This document shows positions 17,583-26,326 of a DNA stretch of 61,506 nt, one piece after another. Every line of letters begins with the position of its first letter. Positions within the stretch are counted from its first letter, which is position 1. The stretch comes from a bacterium (GTDB lineage Bacteria; Patescibacteriota; Minisyncoccia; Phycocordibacterales; UBA5272): NCBI GenBank assembly GCA_043719155.1, contig JAYSUJ010000038.1:1-61506 (forward strand). Reading direction: 5' to 3'. The notes under the pieces are model-generated. The model was not told where the DNA came from, did no database searches, and saw only the letters and a program-made list of their open reading frames with translations. Made by a program: the position numbers and the translations under genes.

Positions 17583-20057
17583 TTACTTTTTAGTCCCATC
17601 TTTCTCAACTTGGTCGTACAAAGATCTTAGTTGAACTGTCACATTGTCCTGTGGCCAAATGTAAAACTGGTATCTTGGATCGTTATTTTTAAATTGAGCT
17701 TTAAATTTTTCAAAATCAACTTGCCCTGCTTCAATACGTTTGTTTAACTCGAGTGAAAAAGGGTCATTAACCCTCATGGTTCCAACCCCCCTTGTCCCAA
17801 ACATTTTAAAAACACCCATGTCATAAAGTTTGGAAAATTCTCGCTCCCCTCCGCAAGATCTCAAATTTGTAAATACTACATTACCACCACTGCTGATGTA
17901 GCTGTTTATCAAATCCAAACTCTTGCTTCGAGCATGATAGCTGTGGCCGATATGATTTATAATCTGTGGTTTAAATATACCCAAGACAACATCTGCACTA
18001 CTAAAATCTGAAGTTACCTCTACTGGCTCCTTAGGCAAAGTTATAATGTGACGCATAATCCCCAGTTTTACTCTTTTTTCTAATACCAAATATCCATTTT
18101 TTTTAAAAGTTGTCTCATTTTTAATTTTCCAATCCTTTCCAACTGTGGCAGATAGTATTTCTCCAGTGACTTTATCAAATTTTAACCCCCCTCCATTAAC
18201 TTTTAACAAGTTGTCTACGGACTGATGTCCGTCCCATTGTGCATGGTTTTTACTATCTTTAGTATCGTCGTAAGAAAGCGAGACTTGGGTACTAATAAAA
18301 GTTTCCTTACCTTCGACAATTTCCTTCCTCCATAAGTCTTGAAATTTCAAGCTTGTGTTTTTACTTTCCATGTGCGTCTGGTATTTTTCAAAAGTTGCAG
18401 TAAAAGAATCTGGAACAACAACGATTCCTCTATTTTTATGAAAATATTTCAATAAAAGTGTAGTGGCTGTGTTTCTAGTCTCCATGTCAGTACTTTCAAG
18501 CTTTTTAAGCAGGAAATGATAAGTCATGTCGTTTACTTTTTTACTTTTAGTATCCAACAAATCGTAAATTGAGTTTAAATCTGAAATGCTAATTTTTTCA
18601 TATTGACTGTAAAAGTACAAATTCAGGATTTCCTTTTGATTTTCAAATGAGCCCAAGTCATTTAAGAAAAATTGCAAATAATTATGAAGTGAGAGAGACT
18701 TAATCAGCAACACGAACTCTGCACTACTCAACCTATATTCACCATCTTTAATTTTGAGAAAATAAGCATGCAATGTTCCACATTCTGCCTTGGCTTTTTC
18801 GAGCATGCCTTTATATATAGTTTCGCATTCCGCTTTCACTTTTCCAACAAAATCCATTGCTAACTCCTCTCTAGTTTTACTTTTATTATCATTGTTGTAA
18901 GCCAGCTTAAATGAGGAGAGGTAGGCATCTGGACCAGCAGTTGTTAATATTTCTAAAATAGCTCTTGCACTATATGGTTTTAGAACAGCTAATCTTTTTT
19001 GGTCAGACTCGTTATGTAACAAGTTTATATCTAAAATTGGCTGAGTAAATATTTCAGCCCTACTTTCACTAAGAATTATTTCTAATGCAGAGCCAACTTC
19101 CAGTTTTTTCATCAATTCGAGATAATTATTAATATCTAACATATTTACGTGTACACCCATTTTCTCAACCAACTCAAAGTTAACATAGGCAGCGTTTATG
19201 TTACCAACAAGCCTCGTCACAGCTTCATGAGTTACATCTTGGAAAAGATTTGCTACTTCAGAGCCTAAAAAATCTGCGTATTTTTGATCGTAAAGTAAGT
19301 TCTTATCTGCTGCAATTAAAAAAATGGCCAGGCCACCGCTCTTATCAGTAGAGCTGGCCTGCAACCGTCTAAATATATCCCAATACTTGTCACTTTCCTC
19401 CAAGTTTTTAAGCTTCTCGAAAGCAAAATGTTGAAAGGCTGTTCTGTTTTCGGTTTGAGTATGTAAAATATTAAAATGTGGACTAACCAGTGTTTGTAAA
19501 TATTTATTAAACAACTTCGAGTAGTTGACACCTACCCCGGACAAAGATTTTAAATTTTCAAAGGCTTTAGGGTCTTCAAAGAAATCTGGGGACGAGAGAA
19601 GATAAGCCATATCACTAAAATGCATTCCGAACATTTTTTCTTTTCGAAACTTAGCAAATAGTTCCACCAATTTAAAATTTTCCAAAACAGAAATAACTAG
19701 TCTTGTTTCTGGATCTCCTTTTGGGGAAACTAGCATTTTTGCTGGACTAATTCCCAAGTTTACACCAGCAACAAAATTATCTAAAATTGTTTTTGACTCA
19801 CAGATTTTTTTGAAAATTGGGTAATTAGAATATTCTTCTTGTATTTCCCTGAGAGTAATCTGTCCTCTCGTTTCGGAAACTATTTTTTTATAAGCTTCAG
19901 CAAGATTTAAAGTTTCACTTTGACTGGTGGGCAACCTGTTTGCTTCTTGGGCATTTACAGGTACGCTGAGTATGGCTACAGAAGCTACAGCCACTCTGGC
20001 TACATTCCTGAACTCTCTACTAAATCCTCGAATTTTTAAAAAACTACCTAGGGTCAT
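17583..20057 (-). CDS. Large secreted protein, paralog B (unknown family)
   Basis: Signal-peptide-like N-terminus (VAVASVAILSVPVNAQE). It shares blocks with paralog A: AYLSSFKLAYN, WRKEI, LVLEK, KPQI..H.GHSYHA, RSCGGE, KMFGTR, NDPRY. Confidence 0.7.
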   Translation of the reverse strand: MTLGSFLKIRGFSREFRNVARVAVASVAILSVPVNAQEANRLPTSQSETLNLAEAYKKIVSETRGQITLREIQEEYSNYPIFKKICESKTILDNFVAGVNLGISPAKMLVSPKGDPETRLVISVLENFKLVELFAKFRKEKMFGMHFSDMAYLLSSPDFFEDPKAFENLKSLSGVGVNYSKLFNKYLQTLVSPHFNILHTQTENRTAFQHFAFEKLKNLEESDKYWDIFRRLQASSTDKSGGLAIFLIAADKNLLYDQKYADFLGSEVANLFQDVTHEAVTRLVGNINAAYVNFELVEKMGVHVNMLDINNYLELMKKLEVGSALEIILSESRAEIFTQPILDINLLHNESDQKRLAVLKPYSARAILEILTTAGPDAYLSSFKLAYNNDNKSKTREELAMDFVGKVKAECETIYKGMLEKAKAECGTLHAYFLKIKDGEYRLSSAEFVLLIKSLSLHNYLQFFLNDLGSFENQKEILNLYFYSQYEKISISDLNSIYDLLDTKSKKVNDMTYHFLLKKLESTDMETRNTATTLLLKYFHKNRGIVVVPDSFTATFEKYQTHMESKNTSLKFQDLWRKEIVEGKETFISTQVSLSYDDTKDSKNHAQWDGHQSVDNLLKVNGGGLKFDKVTGEILSATVGKDWKIKNETTFKKNGYLVLEKRVKLGIMRHIITLPKEPVEVTSDFSSADVVLGIFKPQIINHIGHSYHARSKSLDLINSYISSGGNVVFTNLRSCGGEREFSKLYDMGVFKMFGTRGVGTMRVNDPFSLELNKRIEAGQVDFEKFKAQFKNNDPRYQFYIWPQDNVTVQLRSLYDQVEKDGTKK

Positions 20058-20118
20058 ATTTTTATATTAACAAAAGTATACTGTTTTTTTGAGCTTCTGC
20101 AATTTTTGAAAAGAAAAA

Positions 20119-20140
20119 GGCGGCACGCTTGCGTGCCGCC
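20119..20140 (-). terminator. GC-rich intrinsic terminator (GGCGGCACGC-TT-GCGTGCCGCC) followed by a T-run on the minus strand
   Basis: Perfect 10-nt arms. It lies about 30 nt after the stop of ORF 20171..20359. Confidence 0.7.
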
Positions 20141-20170
20141 TTCGGCTTGTTTTAAGCCAAGCTCAACTTT

Positions 20171-20359
20171 TTACCAGTCGAGACTTGGTTTGCAACAGCC
20201 GGGTTGCCGAGGCACAGGTTCAGGTGCCGCAGCTGCCGTCTCAGGAGCCTCGACTGGTACATGGGTCTGGTCTGGGAGCTGAGTCGCCTCAACCCGGACC
20301 TCCTCTACTGTTCCATCTGCTTTGAAGATTTTTGCGATAAAATTGTAAACTTTGGACAT
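20171..20359 (-). CDS. 62-aa protein of atypically high GC (Pro/Ala/Glu-rich, C-terminal GCCKPSLDW)
   Basis: An AGGAG box sits 6 nt upstream of the ATG, which is rare in this window. The gene has its own terminator and its GC is far above its surroundings. Confidence 0.55.
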   Translation of the reverse strand: MSKVYNFIAKIFKADGTVEEVRVEATQLPDQTHVPVEAPETAAAAPEPVPRQPGCCKPSLDW

Positions 20360-20418
20360 CCCAGTCTCCTGTTTGATGTCGTTTCTAGCTTAAACATTCT
20401 AAATTATACATTAAAATA

Positions 20419-21759
20419 TTAAAAAGTCAAATCTCGTATTGGTGATATTAACCTCAGGAGAACAGCCAAACGGAGCGCCTCATCTTCTATTTCATATATA
20501 AGTTTTTTCAAAGAAATGTAGCTATCCTGAACAAAATATGGAACGTTTACTGAAAACTGTTTTTCAAATTCTAAGAAGTCTGCTATTTCTTTTGGGTATA
20601 ATTCCCTATAAGCTTTTAAATTTTCCAATTCACTTTTATTGAACTTTTCATGCTCACCAAAAGTTATTTGCTCACCATTTAAAATTTTTTGATTTTTCCT
20701 ATTACAGTACACGTCCAATACTTTTAATAAAAATTTGGCCGCGTCCCTTTTTTTATATACCCCTTCTAGACTCCTATGCTCTTCTGCCATCCTGGACTCA
20801 AGTCTTTGAAATGTTTCTGCTAGTTTTGGGAAAAGCTCAAGCTGCAGTTTCGAAAAGTCTATCCCTTTCAAATATTCCCCTATTCTTTTTAGAAAACGTT
20901 TTCTCATTTCTATGTCTGTCATACCTATACCTCGGACATCTTCACCCTTTGCTATAGCCTGAAAAGCTCTAAAACTTTCTAAAATTTCATATAAAATACT
21001 TTGCTTAAAGTCACAAACCACTAACAGCTTTTCGTCACTGGTTTCCATATCTAATTGACTTCCTTTTGGTATTTTATTAAAATCAAGTACTTGTATTTCT
21101 TGGTCTTCTTTAATTAAATTCACAGGGAAGCTCGAAACTCCGTATAAACTTAGCATAAATACCTCCTCCTTAACGCTAACTATTAGAAACGGATGATTGA
21201 CTCCAATTGCAAGTTTTGGAATAAACCCAGCTTTTAAGAGCATTGCTGCCAAGACTTGCACAAACCCCAAACAATTTATCCCTAAGTATTTTTTAGAAAT
21301 CTGTGGAGTAAAACCGTATTCATAATAGTCTTTTCCATCGGCTTTTATCCTATCCATAACGCTTTTAAAAATTAAAAACATAAGGTCTATTTCAGTTAGC
21401 CCATAAGCATTTTCAAGGAGTTCGTTAGTAAACTTTGCTCTTTTTACATTGTGTCTTAATATCTCTCGAATTCTCTCTTGACTTATATCTACTGGCTTTA
21501 CATAACCTTTATAATCAAAAAGATGATACATTTGATAGTAGTGTAAATATTCATCCAAAATAGCATCTACAAGTTCGCTTGTTTTGTTTGGGTCAAATTC
21601 AGTTATTTTTCTTTTACTCAAAACAATCTCGTTAAATAGTGCAGTTATTTCTGCCTTATGGACTTCGCTTTCAATCTGTGGAACTTCTTTTTTTTCTGGG
21701 TTTACAACAGCTACTCTTTTAGGCCCAAATTTTTCAAATATTTTTGACAGGGAAATCAT
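20419..21759 (-). CDS. Hypothetical protein with possible transglutaminase-like Cys-protease core
   Basis: NCLGFVQVLAAMLLKAGFIPKLAIGVNHPFLIV resembles the GxCxxFAxLxxALLRAxGIPAR...H core pattern. The match is weak. Confidence 0.45.
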   Translation of the reverse strand: MISLSKIFEKFGPKRVAVVNPEKKEVPQIESEVHKAEITALFNEIVLSKRKITEFDPNKTSELVDAILDEYLHYYQMYHLFDYKGYVKPVDISQERIREILRHNVKRAKFTNELLENAYGLTEIDLMFLIFKSVMDRIKADGKDYYEYGFTPQISKKYLGINCLGFVQVLAAMLLKAGFIPKLAIGVNHPFLIVSVKEEVFMLSLYGVSSFPVNLIKEDQEIQVLDFNKIPKGSQLDMETSDEKLLVVCDFKQSILYEILESFRAFQAIAKGEDVRGIGMTDIEMRKRFLKRIGEYLKGIDFSKLQLELFPKLAETFQRLESRMAEEHRSLEGVYKKRDAAKFLLKVLDVYCNRKNQKILNGEQITFGEHEKFNKSELENLKAYRELYPKEIADFLEFEKQFSVNVPYFVQDSYISLKKLIYEIEDEALRLAVLLRLISPIRDLTF

Positions 21760-21768
21760 GGTCAGAAA

Positions 21769-22830
21769 TTATTGCCCTATGAGCGACAGCAAAGTTTCTT
21801 TATCTTGCGAATAGTTTAATGCTGTTTCCCGAGAAATAGTTCCTGAGAAAAAAAGTTGAGAAAGTGAGCGATTATATGACACGTGCCCATCTCCCATTCC
21901 ATTTTCAATTGTTAAGTCCAAGTCTTTCACTCTGCCTTCACGAATTAAATGCGACACAGCAGGGGTGTTTAGCATCAACTCATAAGCTGGTACAAGCTTT
22001 CCGTCGATAGTTGGCACAAGCTTTTGTGAAAACACTCCCAGCAAGGAAACCGAAAGCTCGACACGAATTTGTTTTTGCTCCTCTGCTTTAAAAACATCAA
22101 TTATTCTTTCTATAGATTGAGAAGCGTTGTTGGTATGCAGTGTCGAAAATACAAAATGTCCCGTTTGAGCAGAAGTAACTGCCATGCGTATTGTTTCCAC
22201 ATTTCGCATTTCCCCTACCACCATCACGTCAGCATCTTCTCGTAGAGCATTTTTTAATGCACTTTCAAAATCTGGTACATCAATGCCAATTTCTCTTTGA
22301 TCTACAAAAGACAATTCATCCTCATAGAAAAATTCTATTGGGTCCTCTATAGTTATGATGTGTTTTTGTTTGGTTCTATTTATTAAGGAAATCATAGAGG
22401 CAACAGTAGTTGATTTGCCATTTCCAACAGAGCCAGTTACCAAAAAGAAACCTTGTTCTCGCATGGCTATATCTTTCAAGACTTCTGGCAAGCTGAGCTC
22501 CTCTATTTTTTTTATTACAGGTATTAAGCGCAATGTCACTGCCAATTTCCCCCTTTCTACAAAAGCATTTCCACGAAGTCTGCGACCAAGCGCAATATGC
22601 GAAAAGTCGACACTTTTTTCTTTAGAGTATAGTTCCATTTTATCTTTTGCTAGAAAAGTTCTTATCAATTCTAAAATATCTGCCCTAGAAAAAGGTTCGA
22701 CCTCAACTGTAGGCTCTACAATTTTTTTACTTCGAGTATAAGCAACCCTGTCCTCTCGTATATGCAAATCTGAACCATTGATATTAATAAGTTTTTGTAA
22801 GCAATTTGTAAATTTATCTTGGGCATTCAT
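21769..22830 (-). CDS. pilT: Type IV pilus retraction ATPase PilT
   Basis: Walker A GSVGNGKST, Walker B VMVVGEMR, FSTLHTN His box, 353 aa. Confidence 0.9.
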   Translation of the reverse strand: MNAQDKFTNCLQKLININGSDLHIREDRVAYTRSKKIVEPTVEVEPFSRADILELIRTFLAKDKMELYSKEKSVDFSHIALGRRLRGNAFVERGKLAVTLRLIPVIKKIEELSLPEVLKDIAMREQGFFLVTGSVGNGKSTTVASMISLINRTKQKHIITIEDPIEFFYEDELSFVDQREIGIDVPDFESALKNALREDADVMVVGEMRNVETIRMAVTSAQTGHFVFSTLHTNNASQSIERIIDVFKAEEQKQIRVELSVSLLGVFSQKLVPTIDGKLVPAYELMLNTPAVSHLIREGRVKDLDLTIENGMGDGHVSYNRSLSQLFFSGTISRETALNYSQDKETLLSLIGQ

Positions 22831-22880
22831 ATTTAGTTTTATTAAATTTAGTATAGCAATAAATTTATATATTTAAAAAA

Positions 22881-24611
22881 CTATAACCCCATACTTTCCC
22901 GAAAAGGCACTGTGCCATTCATAGATTTTAATAGCGCGTCTTCTTTTAAAGTAATCATACCTTTTTCGCGGGCGATTTTAAAAATCTCATTTTCATCCGC
23001 TTTTTTTAAAATCGCCTTTTCAACATCCTTATCTACTTCCAACATTTCAAAAACAGCAATTCGCCCCTCTGTTCCCGACCTTGACCTGGTACTTGGTTTC
23101 TGAGCATGTAAACTATCTGTAAAAGGCATATTACTCAGAAACTCCGGACTCAAGTCTCCAAATTGTTTTTTAATCATTTCTTTATAACTTCCTTCAATGG
23201 GTATAATCTCCTGAGGTGTATCAGCACTGTCTGGTACAAGCTTATGAACTAGCCTTTGGGCGATAATCAGCTTTACTGTTGGCGCAATAAGATAATGTGG
23301 TATTCCCATTTCTACAAGTCTAGTAATTGTTGAGATAGCGGTATTGGTGTGAATAGTAGAGAAAACCAGGTGACCTGTAAGTGCAGCTTGCACTGCAAGT
23401 TCTGCTGTTTCTGCATCCCGGATTTCCCCAACCATAATCACATCTGGATCCTGACGCAAAATACTACGCAAACCATTTGCAAAAGTGTATCCAATCTCAG
23501 GTGCTACTTGTGACTGATTTACACCTCCTACAGAATATTCGATAGGGTCTTCTAGAGATACAATGTTTCTACCTTCTTTGTCTAAGGCGTTTAGCATAGA
23601 GTACAAAGTAGATGTTTTTCCAGAGCCTGTAGGGCCAGTAACCAAGACTATTCCATAAGGGAAATTTAAGGCCTCTTTTACCACTGCCAAATGTGGAGGA
23701 TACATCTGTAAAGAGTCCATATCCCTTACGCCTCTGTAGGTATCCAAAATACGTAAAACAACTTTTTCTCCAAAATATGACGGCATAGTGGACACACGAA
23801 AATCTATCTTTCTTCCCTCATAATCAATAGAAAAATGTCCGTCTTGTGGCTTTCTTCTTTCATCTAGTTTTAAGTTCGACAAGATTTTTATACGCGCAAC
23901 GATAGCCTGATGTTGAGTCATAGGTATTTCTCTCACCGTCACCAAATCTCCATCCACTCTATATCTGAAATGCACATCCGAGGCAGAGGCCTCTATGTGT
24001 ATATCTGATGCTCCTTTTTTTATCGCCTCTGCAACCACGTCACGGACAAGTCGCACCACTGGACTGTCGTCAACTTTTATTTCAGTTCCATTTTGATTAT
24101 TAAACTTAATACCGACATTACTAGCATTTTTCTGTAACACGTCTGAAACTTCACTCTCTTCAACTTTATTAATTTTCTTACCGAAATACAAACCAATATA
24201 ATCTTCAAATTGGCTTTGGGTTAAGACAAAAAATTTATAGTTTTTATTTCCCCAAGCTTTAGCTAAAAAAACTGCCGCATCTTTTAATCCATTGATTTCT
24301 GGGTCTACAACACCAAGAGAGACTGTTGTTTCATCTTCACCGAGAAAAATCATCTTATAATGTTTTGAAGATTCCCCAGAAAGTTTTTTAACCACATCAA
24401 CAGTTGGGTCTTCACCTATCCACCTTGGTAAGTCATAAACCTTACTCTTAGCGTCAGCTATTTTTTCCGATGGAATTTGAAAAGATTTAACTATTTCTTC
24501 AAAATCTTCTCCCGCTGCTAACTTTTGATTTATAGAAAGTACTCGATCTGGGGAAAGTAAACCTTGATTTTCTAATACTTTTAAAATTTCCGACTTTAGA
24601 TTTTGTGGCAT
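22881..24611 (-). CDS. pilB: Type IV pilus assembly ATPase PilB (GspE family)
   Basis: GspE N-domain, Walker A GPTGSGKTST, IMVGEIRD, FSTIHTN, 576 aa. Confidence 0.9.
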   Translation of the reverse strand: MPQNLKSEILKVLENQGLLSPDRVLSINQKLAAGEDFEEIVKSFQIPSEKIADAKSKVYDLPRWIGEDPTVDVVKKLSGESSKHYKMIFLGEDETTVSLGVVDPEINGLKDAAVFLAKAWGNKNYKFFVLTQSQFEDYIGLYFGKKINKVEESEVSDVLQKNASNVGIKFNNQNGTEIKVDDSPVVRLVRDVVAEAIKKGASDIHIEASASDVHFRYRVDGDLVTVREIPMTQHQAIVARIKILSNLKLDERRKPQDGHFSIDYEGRKIDFRVSTMPSYFGEKVVLRILDTYRGVRDMDSLQMYPPHLAVVKEALNFPYGIVLVTGPTGSGKTSTLYSMLNALDKEGRNIVSLEDPIEYSVGGVNQSQVAPEIGYTFANGLRSILRQDPDVIMVGEIRDAETAELAVQAALTGHLVFSTIHTNTAISTITRLVEMGIPHYLIAPTVKLIIAQRLVHKLVPDSADTPQEIIPIEGSYKEMIKKQFGDLSPEFLSNMPFTDSLHAQKPSTRSRSGTEGRIAVFEMLEVDKDVEKAILKKADENEIFKIAREKGMITLKEDALLKSMNGTVPFRESMGL

Positions 24612-24614
24612 AGT

Positions 24615-25055
24615 TTAGCGTCTTATCCTGGCTCCACTTACAGCTCTCACAGACTGATTGTTGTTTACAGCTCTTTGATTACTATAAACAACTGCCCCAA
24701 CAGAAGAGGTTGCCTTTGCTGCCACAACAACAAAATTACCGACGAATGGGTTATTCTTTCCAAAGTTTACCAAGGTCTGCGTGTCAACTGGGAAAGCTGG
24801 GAGCGGGGCTAGACTTTGAAAATATGGAGACGTAAGTGTTTTTGTATCCAAAGTTATTCGGTCTAAAGACAACAGCAAGTCTGCAGTTTCTGCAGAAGCT
24901 AAGCGCGAATTTGCCAATTCATTACCACTTGTTAGTATTACAATTTGTTCAAATATAAAGTCTTTACTCATAACCAAACCAAACATTACAATCATTACAA
25001 TAAGGATTAAATATAAAGACATTGGTCGCGAGTTGTTTGATGTTATGTTTTGCAT
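24615..25055 (-). CDS. Membrane-anchored hypothetical protein in the pilus operon
   Basis: Single N-terminal TM helix, with a 3-nt gap to pilB. Confidence 0.45.
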   Translation of the reverse strand: MQNITSNNSRPMSLYLILIVMIVMFGLVMSKDFIFEQIVILTSGNELANSRLASAETADLLLSLDRITLDTKTLTSPYFQSLAPLPAFPVDTQTLVNFGKNNPFVGNFVVVAAKATSSVGAVVYSNQRAVNNNQSVRAVSGARIRR

Positions 25056-25070
25056 ATCTATTTTAATAAA

Positions 25071-25613
25071 TTAATCAATGTTGATGCCATAGGTATAAAG
25101 TTTAACATTAAAAACCAAAATTTCACTTGTGTTTGAAACCTTGGCAGCACGGATATTTACAACATCAATTAAAACATTAGACTTTTCGATAACATCCAAC
25201 CATTTTGTGAAGTCTTCATACCTACCCTCGAGCGAAATTTCAACTAAAAGTTTTTTTTCTTTTGCATCCTGTTCACTTTTTTTATCTTCAACTAGCGAGT
25301 ATTGCAGGCTTTTAACAGACAATCTATTAACGTTTCCAAGCTGGGCAAGGTTGTAAATCATCGCCCCAGAGTGCAAGTTTCCAGGTATAAAATTCTGTAA
25401 GAGGAGCAATTCTTGTGTACCCAGCTGCTGTTTTTTTAATCTTAACATCTTTAAGGACTCTTGTTCCCTAGCTCTTTGTAAACCACTCTCCAGTTTAACC
25501 AGTTCTTCGTCTACCGTGTCTACGGCCATGGCTTTAAATGGCAAGATAAAAGTATAGAGAAAAAGTCCAGTGGCCACAACAATAATTCCAGAATAAATAA
25601 TTTTAGTGTTCAT
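25071..25613 (-). CDS. PilO-like bitopic pilus alignment protein
   Basis: N-terminal TM helix plus coiled coil plus a small globular domain. The call rests on position after the pilM/N-like genes. Confidence 0.4.
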   Translation of the reverse strand: MNTKIIYSGIIVVATGLFLYTFILPFKAMAVDTVDEELVKLESGLQRAREQESLKMLRLKKQQLGTQELLLLQNFIPGNLHSGAMIYNLAQLGNVNRLSVKSLQYSLVEDKKSEQDAKEKKLLVEISLEGRYEDFTKWLDVIEKSNVLIDVVNIRAAKVSNTSEILVFNVKLYTYGINID

Positions 25614-25616
25614 ATA

Positions 25617-26312
25617 TTAATTTACTTCTTTGTTTAATGGCAAGTCAAAACCTTGGGCCGAGACTTTTGTTTTTTCAAAAACCAACTTCATGCTAGACCT
25701 AACTCTTTTAGTATCTGGCTCGATTGAGATATTGTAAATATTAAAATCTTTTATACTTCCTGACTGCTTTAAAATATAAAGTTTTTCAGATTGCTCTGTT
25801 AAATCTTTAAGTGTTGGTGAGACTGAACTGAGGTCAGCTTCTACTGTTTTATCTTTCACATCAATTTTATAGTCTGTTACTTGCAAGTTGTTACGGATAT
25901 TATTGTTTATAAAGATAAATATACCGGAGTTTAGAATATGGTTTGCCATTTTTCCATTCATAAATTTCAAAGACTTTTCCATGTTTTTAAATTCCTCCAT
26001 TTCAACTTTGTCTATACTTAGACCCAACTCATGCAATTGATTGCTGTAGTCAGTTATTTTGTTTAAACTATTTACTCTTTTAAAAATTAAAAAACCAAAA
26101 TAGGCAAAGGAAAAGAGCAGTAGAAGAACCGAAATGAGAAGGAAAACACCCCCACCTTCTTTTGGTTTATTTTTCTCGGCTTCTTCGTCAACTATTTCTA
26201 TACCAAAATTTGAATTTACCCCAACTGATGAAGTTTGTGGCTCTTGCGTATTATTTGCATTTGCAGGTCTATAGATACTTTTATCTACAGGAATTACGTT
26301 GAAACCATCCAT
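25617..26312 (-). CDS. PilN-like bitopic pilus alignment protein
   Basis: Single TM helix (VFLLISVLLLLFSFAYFGFLIF). The call rests on operon position. Confidence 0.4.
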   Translation of the reverse strand: MDGFNVIPVDKSIYRPANANNTQEPQTSSVGVNSNFGIEIVDEEAEKNKPKEGGGVFLLISVLLLLFSFAYFGFLIFKRVNSLNKITDYSNQLHELGLSIDKVEMEEFKNMEKSLKFMNGKMANHILNSGIFIFINNNIRNNLQVTDYKIDVKDKTVEADLSSVSPTLKDLTEQSEKLYILKQSGSIKDFNIYNISIEPDTKRVRSSMKLVFEKTKVSAQGFDLPLNKEVN

Positions 26313-26326
26313 ATTTTTAGTATAGT

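Noticed and set aside
20171-20359. The GC-rich stretch as a structured housekeeping ncRNA (SRP, 6S or RNase P-like) rather than a gene
   Set aside because: I found none of the conserved SRP or RNase P sequence motifs on either strand. The ORF has a well-spaced AGGAG box and its own terminator. A dual RNA/protein function cannot be excluded.
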